NCBI RefSeq assembly: GCF_018350175.1 | Contig: NC_058368.1 | Span: forward strand, 198,154,001 to 198,218,000 | Direction: 5' to 3' | Origin: Felis catus | Taxonomy: Eukaryota | DNA length: 64,000 nucleotides | Translations under genes and position numbers: made by a program | The notes under the pieces: generated by a model | Told to the model about the DNA's origin: nothing | Seen by the model: the letters and a program-made list of their open reading frames with translations, nothing else | The model's database searches: none | Shown here: positions 41,532 through 52,237 of the stretch, piece by piece | Position numbering within the stretch: the stretch's first letter is position 1 | Layout: each line of letters starts with the position of its first letter

Positions 41532-41734
41532 TTTTAATGTTTAGTTCATTTTTGGGAGAAAGAGAGAGACAGAATGTGAGCAGGGGAAGAGCAGAGAGAG
41601 AGGGAGACACAGGATCCAAAGCAGGCTCCATACTGTCAGCACAGAGTCTGACACGGGGCTTGAACTCACAGACAGCGAGATTATGACCTGAGACAAAATC
41701 GGCACCTCAACCGACTGAGCCACCCAGGTGCCCC
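41532..41734 (-). mobile_element. CAN-SINE
   Basis: TSD aataatttctcattttt (41515-41531, 41735-41751). Confidence 0.93.
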
Positions 41735-42530
41735 AATAATTTCTCATTTTTGACTACCTTCTTATCAGATCTCATTAGAGTATTATTGCTTTGACCTCAT
41801 ACCAGCGCTGATGAAGAGCTTGAACAGGAAGAGGAGAAAGCGCCAGCACTTCCAGTTCCTTTGCGTTACTGGCCCTTGCGTTATTTCCATATATTTTTCA
41901 TCTGTGGCTTATTTGCAGGAATTGTCAAAAGCGACTGACCCTTTTAGTGAGGGTTTGCGGATCTGCGTGTGGTGTGTCACTGAATGGGAAAGAGGATGAG
42001 GCCGTTCGGTGTCAACGCATTGTAGGATTCCTGTTGCCCGCCCAGGGAGACTCGAGTACCCAGCAAGTGAGGCATGCGGCTGGTCTCACACAGACGACTG
42101 AGACAAGATGCCCATCAATCTGTAAACTAGACACGCATAAAGTCTCAATTCTTACTTTTATAGAACAAGACAACCTGCAAAGTCCTAATATTGTCTTCTG
42201 GCTCCACAGTGGATATCTTGGCACCACGCTTTACCATTTCTTTTTTTCTTTTTTTCTCCACTTTGCCATTTCTACCTGAAGCTGGGGTGCCCGAACCCAA
42301 ATGCTGCCCCCGGCCAGTGTGTCCTGGTGAGCCAAGCAACAGCTGGTGTGGCAGGAGGTGACACGGAGAGGTGAACCGTGGGGCTAGAACACCCAACCGC
42401 GCTCATGGTTGCTGTGCTGAATAGGTCCCGGGGTTGCCTGATCAGCTGATTTGCAGGGAGATCAAAGAGTTCAGGTGTTTGATTACAGTCTCTTTCATTT
42501 AAAATATCTTAATTAATATTTTAACAAATA

Positions 42531-43400
42531 GGGGCACCTGGGTGGCTCAGTTGGTTAAGCGACTGACTTCAGCTCAGGTCATGATCTCACGGTTTGTGAA
42601 TTGGAGCCCCACACTGGGCTCACTGCTGCCGTCACAGAACCCACTTCCAATCCTCCGTCCCCCTCTCCCCCTCACCCCTCCCCTGCTCATGCTTTCTCTC
42701 TCAAAAATAAACATTATATATTATATGATATATATTATATAGAATATATGATATATAATATAGTATATACACTATTATATATAGTATATAATATATTACA
42801 TATATAATATTATATATATTATATACTATACAATATATTATGATATATGACATATACTATATAATATATATACTATATAATATATGATATATCATATAAT
42901 ATATAATTATAATATGTGATATATCATATAATATATATTATATTATATGTATTACATATATTATAATATAATATATATTATATAATATATATGGGCGCCT
43001 GAGTGGCTCAGTTGGTTAAGCATCCAATTCTTGATTTCAGCTGAAGTCACGATCTCATGATTCATGAGTTTGAGCCCTGCATCAGGCTCTGAGCTGGCAG
43101 TGCAGAGCCTGCTTGGGATTCTCTCTTTCCCTCTCTCTCTCTGTGCCTCCTACATGCGTGTGCTCTCTCTATCTCAAAAATAAATAAACATATATATATA
43201 TAGTATATACTATATATGTATATATAGTATATACTATATATATAACTTTTATATATATAGTATGTGTATATATCTTTTATATATATATTGTATATATGGT
43301 ATATATAACTTATATATACTTTATATATAACTTTTATATATATAGCATATATATATAACTTTTGTATATATACATAAATATATATATATATTATATTTAA
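42531..43400 (+). mobile_element. Two tandem CAN-SINEs (42531-42715, 42993-43190) with expanded TA-rich tails
   Basis: Two SINE heads, each followed by 200-280 nt of degenerate (TA)n. Confidence 0.9.
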
Positions 43401-43578
43401 AAAATAGAGCTGCATAGGCCATACAAAGCACAAACAAAAGTCATAACCTCTGCTTCTGGGGCCCTTCCCAATGCTACTGCTTTATTCACCTCTGCATTCC
43501 CAGCATTTAGTCTAGTACCTACAAATGACAGGTGCTCAATAAATACAAGCAACTGAATGACAGAATGTACCCAGGGAC

Positions 43579-43960
43579 TGTGGAAGGCAGAATAATGGCT
43601 CTCCAAAGAAGTTCACATCTTAATTCCCAGAACGTAGAATATGTTGCTTTACATGGCAAAAGGGACTTTGCAGATGTGATCATATCATAAGAGGGAGAAG
43701 CTGATATGTTGGAAGCAGAGGTGATGGCTGGCTGGGGCCACAAGCCAAGAAACGTGGCAGTCTCTGGAAGCTGCAAAAGGCAAGGAAACAGATTCTCTCC
43801 TGGAGCCTCCAGAAGAAATGCAGCCCTGCAGACACCTTGATTTTAGCTCAGTGAGACCTTTCTTGGACTACTAGCCTCCAGAATTGTCAGACGATAAATC
43901 TGTGTCATATTAAGCTACTACATTTGTGGTAGGTAGTCTGCTGCAGCAACATTAGGAAAT
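43579..43960 (+). mobile_element. MaLR solo LTR (MLT1D-like)
   Basis: tgtggaaggcagaataatggc...ttacatggcaaaagggactttgcagatgtgat...aggcaaggaaacagattctc...gcctccagaa. Confidence 0.85.
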
Positions 43961-45303
43961 GGAGATGAAAGAGCAAACACAGATGTGCATAAGGGCCACG
44001 TGTGGTGCATCCAGGATAGGACATGGGAGCTATGTCACTAAGGAGGGGGTTGTCAGCTCAATCAGCGCCCAGCTAGGGACCAGGACTGCCTCACTACTTC
44101 ATTTCAGGGGTGCTGTGGAAGCGACGGAGTCTATAGGAATAGCTCCCCCTGGCGTCGTGCAGGACACAGTCTGCGCGACCCTACGCAGCAGGCGTGGAGA
44201 ATGCCGCCCTGAGAGTAGCGGAGGGCAGGCTACGTGCCGGTTTTCTCTTTGCAACCTGAGCAGTTGGCATAGTGACTAATGTTTGGGGAATGAATGAAAA
44301 GTGAGAACCTGGTGGATCCTGTTCTACAACAGCAAGAATTCCACGACTGTGGATTGCTCTGACCCCACCCGGAAACCCAAGATTGGCATCTACACAGTGG
44401 CCCTGGGCCTACTCTCCACTCTTTCCCCGCCTCTTACAGTGCCAGCAACACATTTAGCATAGAGATGTGGTGCCAGGGGCCCCCTCTCACCCCCCAGCCC
44501 ACTAAACAACCACCTATCCTGCAGCCATGGAGAAAATACCTCTTCCTGGTAGACCTTGACTTCCTGTCCCAGCTTATGTGTTAGCAGACCTGAGCTTTGT
44601 GGAAGAGAGGTAGAACTCCCCCGCCCCTTGTTGGGGTTTGCATTCAATGAACAAAGGAGGTTGCACCTCTCAGGCATGTTAGATGTTGGAGCTAAGTTAT
44701 TTCATACTTAGAAGTTGTCTTCTTTCTTAGCGTGCTCCGGATGGTTAGGACGGTTAGTTGTCTCTTGAATAAGTATTCAACTTCCGTTTCATAAAGCATG
44801 CAACGTCAATGCCACAGTAAGGCAGTACAGAGATTCCCCGGAGCAGATCTGGGGGTTAAAGTGTGGCTTTCCTGTTCAAGTGCAGTGACCCCCTTCACAG
44901 GGTCAGTGTGAGGAAGAGCTGCTTTGTAATGTCAGCCCTCCTCCTACCACCTCATCTTAGGACTCTGTGTAATGCAAATGCTCTAGCAGAGAAGTTTGTT
45001 TTTGTTGTTTTGTATTTTAATTTTTCAGACAAGCTTCTACAACTATTATCATCTATGGAATACATTTGGAAGAAAGGCAATGCATGGAAAGGTATAATAT
45101 AAAATTGCCAACAATGTTATACTATGAAAAGGCAGCCCTAATTCCCAGTGAAAGGAAACAGTTCTGAAATCTTTCTCTCTCTCCCTTTTAAATACTTTTG
45201 TAGTTAGTTTTTATCTCACTTTTGTTTTGCCCTCACAGTCACCAGGCTGATCTTTCTAAAATACGGAACTGATATGTCTCTTCCCAACCAAGAACCACGT
45301 CTT

Positions 45304-45542
45304 GGGGGCCTGGGTGGCTCAGTCGGTTAGGCATCTGACTTCAGCTCAGGTCATGATCTCGCGGTTGGTGGGTTCCAGCCCCGCGTCGGGTTCTGTGCTG
45401 ACAGCTCAGAGCCTGGAGCCTGCTTTGGATTCTGTGTCTCCCTCTCTCTCTGCCCCTCCTCCACTCATGCTCTGTCTCTCTCTCTCTTTCTCTCTCGAAA
45501 ATAAACATTAAAAAAAATATTAAAATAAATAAATAAATATAT
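45304..45542 (+). mobile_element. CAN-SINE
   Basis: TSD accacgtctt (45294-45303) / accacatctt (45543-45552). Confidence 0.93.
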
Positions 45543-46197
45543 ACCACATCTTCCCCTGCAGTCTCCTTAATATGGTTTCTAAGGCTCCCCTCCCCCCATC
45601 AGTGGGTCCCTGCCCACAAGATCCAGTTAGTTGTTCAGTCAGCCATTTGCTCCCCAAATGTTCTGGAGAACTTCTTGTCACATACGTACCAACAAACGAA
45701 GCGAAATGAAACAGAAACTTCTCTCTCAGGGTCCCCCTCTCAGTAAGGGGATATCCAGGCAGAAATCTCAAAATTAATCTGGATTAACCGCCTGTCCTCT
45801 CCCTTTCCCTGGACAATCTAGCTTTTTAAATATTTCTTGAACCCACCCACTTCTCCCCTGTCTGCTCCCCACTATCCCTTTGAACCCATTTTCTGTGCTT
45901 CAGCCAAAATCATCTAAATTGCAATCATTTCCCTGTTTGGTCCCTTTAGGGCTTTTTTTTGGATAGAGTCTGAACTCTTGCCTTGGCTTACAAAGCCATC
46001 ATTTATTGAGTGGTTACTATGTGCTGGGCACTCTTGTAGGTACAGAGGATTGAGCAGTGACCAAAACTAGCAAGGGTCCTGCCCTCAAAACTTCACATTC
46101 TGTTTGGGGTGGTGTGGCTGGAGCTGGATAATAACCCAGGAAACAAATAAAGAAGGTAACTAGACATGATGTAGGGGCCTCAGAAGGATTAGCCACT

Positions 46198-46401
46198 TTA
46201 TTTTTGTTGTTGTCGTTAAATTTATTTATTTATTTGAAGAGAGAGAGCATGAGCAGGGGAAGGGCAGAGACAGCGGATAAGAGAGAATCCCAAGCTCCGC
46301 ACAGAGCCCAAAGCAGGGCTCGATCTCACGAACCACGAGATCATGACCTGAGCCTAAATCAAGAGTCTGACTCTTAACCAACTGAGCCAGTCAGGCGCCT
46401 C
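46198..46401 (-). mobile_element. Older CAN-SINE
   Basis: Reverse-complement SINE. Degenerate TSD aaggattagccactt / aaggagtagccattt. Confidence 0.9.
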
Positions 46402-46858
46402 AAGGAGTAGCCATTTCAAATTGAAAGTTCAGGGATGGCCTTTCAGCTGGACACAGCAGCAGGCGCCCTCTGACCTTTACCCCCTCATATGTCTGTAGTT
46501 TTTGCCTGGCTGCTCCCCTCTCACTCTGTGCAGGTTGGACCTTTGGTTCCTTGCAGTCACTGGTCTCTTTGTCTCCTATTCCTCCCCCTTGTCTCTCTCC
46601 TCTTTCTCTCGCCTGTCCCTCATTAGGTCTTTCTGGAAGCCATCTTCCTGCCTGCTGGAAACACCTTTCGTCCATCCCCCTTGACTAGGCTGAGTATCTC
46701 TGTTGCGGTCTACATTTCCCAAGTAATAATCAAGCCGATGTAATTGCTTGACTGGCAGTTACGTCATTCACCTTCAAACACCCAGGACCAATCGAGCATT
46801 TGGTATATTTGTGGGCAGCATAAGTTCATGCAGGGTGGGCACTTAAATCTGCCAGGGA

Positions 46859-47073
46859 GGGGCGCCTGGGTGGCGCAGTCGGTTAAGCGTCCGACTTCAG
46901 CCAGGTCACGATCTCGCGGTCCGTGAGTTCGAGCCCCGCGTCAGGCTCTGGGCTGATGGCTCAGAGCCTGGAGCCTGTTTCTGATTCTGCGTCTCCCTCT
47001 CTCTCTGCCCCTCCCCCGTTCATACTCTCTGTCTCAAAAATAAATAAAAAACGTTGAAAAAAAATTAAAAAAA
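46859..47073 (+). mobile_element. Young CAN-SINE
   Basis: Perfect TSD aaatctgccaggga (46845-46858, 47074-47087). Confidence 0.96.
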
Positions 47074-48376
47074 AAATCTGCCAGGGAGAGACACTTTATG
47101 GGCAGATTGCTCCTTTCTTCATAAAAACAAGTTGCTGATATACCAACTTTCTACTCTCACCTGGGTTCGATATATTCTTCTTTTTGAGCAGCTTTCTCTT
47201 CTGATAGTCTGCAAACCCTTTGGTCTTAGTAATTTCCTACCTCCGACTCCTGATAGTACTGGCGCATAGGAGGTACCCAATAAATAATAAATCAGAAATC
47301 CCTAGACAACACCAAAGCCAAACAAGAAAAACAGAAAGCTGTAGTTTGGAAAAAGAAATGGGAACCATTTCTAGGGTAGAGAAAAATGAATCAAATAATC
47401 ATCTTCTTGGGAGAAGTTACAGAGAAATATCAATGTTTATTTTTCCTGAAAAGTCTTTTACCCACCTGACTGCCAATCTTTGGCTTCCATTCAACCATTT
47501 CACCTTTTATATAAGCACATAAAACCAGGAAGTTGCTCTGAGTTTTGTTCACTTTGATTTGCTCTACACATGTAATGCTGAAGTCACACCTTTTCCTTCA
47601 CTGCAGGTGGAGATGACCTTTCTCTTTCTAGAATTTCTTGTGCTTTGATTTGCTTTTTACTGTTATTTTGAGGCACTTAACTAAGAGCCACAAAAGTGGG
47701 GGCCCATTTGGAGATATGTGAGGACACAACTGGTTCCAGGCTGTCAAACCAGAAGTCTTAAACCCGATTCCTCGTTTTTTTCCCTTGAGGTCATGGAAAT
47801 TTCTAGCCACCAGCTGAGCCTGGAATTGATTTAGTGCCAGGGAGGTGAGCCGTGGGAAAATAGAACATTACTTAGTCATTCTCAGCAGTAGATTTTATGA
47901 TTTAGAAAACATTTCCTGGCTTTGAAAACTTAACAATACAGCCTCTAAGTCAGTCAAAAATCAGAGTAAGGGGATTCGTAATGAGAAATTCCAGGACTAT
48001 ACACACCAAGTGGGATAGCTAGTGGGTTTGTAATAAATCGTTTCGTCTCTACAACCTTATTGCTACAATCTGGTTTTACGGAATTATTATGTCATTATTA
48101 ATGGCTGTTTTTAACTAGAGAGAAGAGTGCTTATACGTATCTGAAAAAGTGTGTAGAGATCAGATTCATCTCTGTAAGAGCTTTGCATCTTAGTGAAAAC
48201 ACTGGATTGGTGGTGGGGAATGCTTGGTTTTTGTCTTCGCTCTGTTTTGAAGTAACTGTTGACTCTACGTAAGTCCCTAAGCTTCTCTAGGCCTGAGTTT
48301 ACTCAACTATAAAATGAGGGTCTCCTGGGTTAGTGTCTTTTGGTTCAATAAATGCTTGTTTGCTACTTACTTTAGA

Positions 48377-51300
48377 TTGGGTTCCCTAAAAAGAGCAGCA
48401 TGGGCAGAGATTCTTGTGCAAGTAAATTACTGCATGAGGTGACCAGGAAAGAACTGTAAGAAAGGAGGGAAGCAGGATAGGGCAGGAGAAGAAACTAAGC
48501 AAAGATCTGGTTTTAATTGATCTAATATCGGCCTGATCCCAGAGAGGGCTCTGGGATATGAATAGCAACCCAGAGCTCTACGTATTTGATACGTCTGTTT
48601 CAATCAGTCAACGACCATAGGTTGCCCTCTAGGGCAGGGGGTATAATTTCACTGAAACTCCAGTTAAGCAGCTGGAGGATGGGTATATGAACCTTTTAAA
48701 GGGGATCTCAATGAACTACCAACAAAACCTAAGATACCACCTGTGTGTCAGTCACCGTGTGAGATATTGGAGAGGGAGAGATAAAAAAGAGATGACTCCT
48801 GGTCATAGGAAACTCAGGGAATAGTTCAGGAGATAGATGAATAAACAAGTAAGTTCAGTACAACATGGTGAATCCTAGAATAAGGGAATATACAGAGTGT
48901 TGTAGGAACAGAGAAGCAGACATTGCAGATCGTGTGCCTCAGGACGCAGAATCTAAGGTGGAGAGAAACAGGAGCCTTCCTTATTAAGGACTGTTCTTAA
49001 GATCAACATTTGAGGAATGGAAGGGAACTGGAACGGGAGGAGAGAAAATTCCACTCGCGATGCAGTGCCAGTGGAACTGACCTCGAGGAGAGTTTTGAAG
49101 ATGCTGGGGGCTCTCTACCAGCAAGGTTCATAGCAGCCAGGGTAGAAAGGCCTTTATGCCTGAAGGGTAGTGCATCACAGAAAACATTCACCTGTGGAAA
49201 CCAGGTGCTTTGAAACCATAGATTTCTGGCTTATGGGGATGGGAACACAAATCTCTCAAGTGGGACACTGAGAGTGATGGTGAACAAGGCCACTCCTATC
49301 TACTTCTTGTTCCCAGACCCATGCATTATACTTCCCGGAGACACAGCAGGAGGTGTTTAAAGAGCTTTAATTTAAAGAACAACATCAGGTTGTTCCTACA
49401 CTGTCAAGCCCTCACTTTCAGCGACATAGTATATGATGTGCCGGTGGATCCTATTGTCTTGGGCCCATTACCACACCTTCCTTGGAGTATAGGGCATGTC
49501 TTTGATTGTTGGGATGTTATTTGGCATCCCTTATTCGTGGATTAAACACTCCATGAGCTTTTCAGATGATAGCGCTATCTGAGTCAAGAAAGATAAATAT
49601 ATACCCAGAACATGTGTCTATTTTTGTGGAAATGAATCACTGACAATTCTAAAGAGAAAGGGTTTCATTGAAGTCGGCTTACCACCAAATGGACAGTTGG
49701 TCTCTCTTCAAGGGATAGTAACATATTAGGGATTGGTGTCGGACTCTGTTGGAGGCATGTTGGGCATTCAGCAGTAGCAGTAACTAGGAAAGCCTTGGTA
49801 AGAGGGAACCCGGACTGTTGGGTGCATGCATAGACTCCACCCCGCCACCATGGCTACCTCATCATGAGCCTGTTGTGCCAACATCATGAGCCTGTTGTGG
49901 CAGATGACAGAAGCTGGCTAATGTCAACTGGCCAAGTCACTGTCTGTCTTGTTGTTTAATGCATAGTCTGTGGTGGATGTTTTTTTGGCAGACATTAATA
50001 TGCAACATAAAGATTTTCCCGCTTCCTGCATCAATCCCAGACTTCCTCGTTCCTACTCTTTCAGTCTTTCACATTCTAGGCTCTTGACCATCTGGCCAGG
50101 CCATTTGCCACTCTTTATCGGTCTTTATTTATTTGACTCTCAGGCCACTTCTCTCTGTGTAAAGTAGATGACTAGGTGTTCCACCCAAAGTCCTATCCAT
50201 TTGGAGGACTTGCCCTTGCTAGTGGTTTTCATGGCCACCACTAGGAGGAGCTATGGTGCGGTTGGAGTCTGTTTTCATCACGCATCCGTAGGATGAGGCT
50301 GGCTCATCTGTGAACCACGCTCACGTGTTTTGTTCCTCCATCAGCTGGCAACACGGGATTGCCCCATGCAGCCATAGGTGTGAGCTGATGAAAGGTGCTG
50401 GCACAAAAATGGTGATGACTGGAGCTCTGGGCTGCCCTCTTGTGCACTTGCTCGTGCCTTCCTCTGGTCCTATTTATGCTCAATCCTGGATGTACCACTT
50501 CCATCTCTTTGATCCAGCTGTCATGGTCATTGTGTCACGTCTGTCCCACTGATAGTGGATCGTTGCAATTTCTATGCATCTGGGAGCCACTTTAGCGGTG
50601 AGTTCGCACCAATTTCCAGTAGTCTTTTCCAAGGTATTATAGCCTATATCCCTGGAGAGTGCCCCAACTTTAATGCTTTGTCCCCTTGTTCAGGTACCCT
50701 CAGTTGCATGTGTGTTCTTGCAGCTACAGGCAGTAGAATATACCTGCAGCGGTCCTACAGCTACACTAGGATCTAGTCCTTTTCTACCCATATCAAGCCC
50801 AACAGGTCTCCGCACAGGTTATGCTGTGACTTAACCTTTGTTTTAGGCCTAGCGGCCAGGAAGAGAGATGGTTGTGTATCTTCAGCGGTCAGATGTGACT
50901 TGTGAGGAGAGGCCTCTGCATTCTCTTTAAGCAAGGCACGTGCCAGCCTTAATAGGGGAATAGGCCACTTCTGCAGGCTAAGAGGGTTCGGAGAGATCTG
51001 GGGACCCCAGGTATTTGAATGCATCAACCCAGATGCCCCCAAGTCCATATGTCGAGGTCCTATTTCTTTTCCAACCAGGGCCTTAGCTTTGTCAGAGCAA
51101 GCCTATCATAGAGGAGACTTTAACTCTATTTGCAGCTGACTACTCTGACGATTAATTCCTGAGTGGGAGTCTTACCTTCTACTGCTCTCCTGCTGTAGGA
51201 AAGGAGAAAGACTTTATGTGCTGCCAGGGAAGCCCTCTAGCTTGTAATTGTCAACTAATCTCTCCTAGTTTTCCCTTATCTTTGTCCAAAGCTGCATTCA

Positions 51301-51690
51301 AACTGAGCAATAAACATCCAATTCATAGTCCTCCTAGCTGTTACTTGCCCCATATTTTTCACAGCCTGATCGTTCATAGCTGGCTCAGGTGTTCCCTTCT
51401 GCTCTTACACCAGTTCACCACCAGTGGTTTGAGATTATCCCTGTGGGAGGGAAGGAAGAGGAATTGGGTACATGGAGAAATAGACTTGGATTCAGTTTCA
51501 ACGGAAGCCTTGGCCACCCTTCTTGAGAGTTCTGAAGAGGGACTGACCCATCAGAGCTGTTTTGAGTTGGGGCAAGAAAATATTGAGCCTTTGTACCCCC
51601 ACATCAGATCTGTGGGCTACCCCAGCTTTCTTCAGCAGGGTCAGTCCCTGAAGGGAGATGACAATACAAAGTGGAATGGTCATTGTGTAA
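48377..51690 (-). mobile_element. Ancient ERV-L (class III) remnant: degraded pol with LTR16/33-like pieces
   Basis: Minus strand at ~50060-50112 translates VANGLARWSRA (RNase H region). At ~49440-49485 it gives RKVW*WAQDNRIH, resembling integrase EVxQWAHAHGIH. LTR-like blocks at ~48377-48720 and ~51430-51690. May be a composite of several elements. Confidence 0.6.
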
Positions 51691-51732
51691 TAAATTTACT
51701 AACTTATACTTCTCTTAAAAATGTTTCCCTAG

Positions 51733-51896
51733 CATCTTTTTATGGTGAAAGTTATGTGGAGCTCAACATCATAGAAGTTTCCTCTGAGTTATCTCTTCAA
51801 TTAAAATTTCAAACCAGCAAACCACGGGGATTACTTTTTCTTGCAGCGGGGAAAAATGACTACTGTATTATAGAACTTCTATCAGGAAACTTACGG
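51733..51896 (+). CDS. CSPG4B: CSPG4-family gene, coding exon 2: start of laminin-G domain 1
   Basis: Acceptor tttccctag|CA, donor CGG|gtaaga, 164 nt. Encodes (A)SFYGESYVELNIIEVSSELSLQLKFQTSKPRGLLFLAAGKNDYCIIELLSGNLR, which aligns by eye with the CSPG4 N-terminus ASFFGENHLEV...LQLQFSTSQPEALLLLAAG...SGRLQ. 79+164=243 nt, so the next intron is phase 0. Confidence 0.93.
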
Positions 51897-52237
51897 GTAA
51901 GATTTTCTTAAATCTTTAAACACATGTAAACATCCAATTACCGGAGGAAAAGCCATGAGAGAGAAAGAGAACAAAATAGCTGTCCATTTGATTACTATTA
52001 CTAGAATAAAGTCATGTGCCATTTGAAAAGTTTGGATCTCCTCCGAGTTTACGAGCATGCCTGAAATATTCCAACTCTGACATTTTTTAGCCTCACTGTA
52101 TAGCCCATAAATGTGGAAAGCAGTTTCAAGTCCAAGTTTCTCCCCCACCCCCCACCTCTCCGCCTTATGAATGGCCCTGTTTTCTCAATAAAATACAATA
52201 AGATGAGATTGATTAATTATGATTCTTTCTGTTTCAG

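Noticed and set aside
49860..49900. Direct repeat catcatgagcctgttgtg x2
   Set aside because: Small slippage duplication inside a dead ERV; not an array and no sign of function.
51216..51732. N-terminal 172 aa of the 231-aa ORF as coding sequence
   Set aside because: Lies in ERV-derived sequence. CSPG4 similarity begins exactly at the AG acceptor at 51731-51732.
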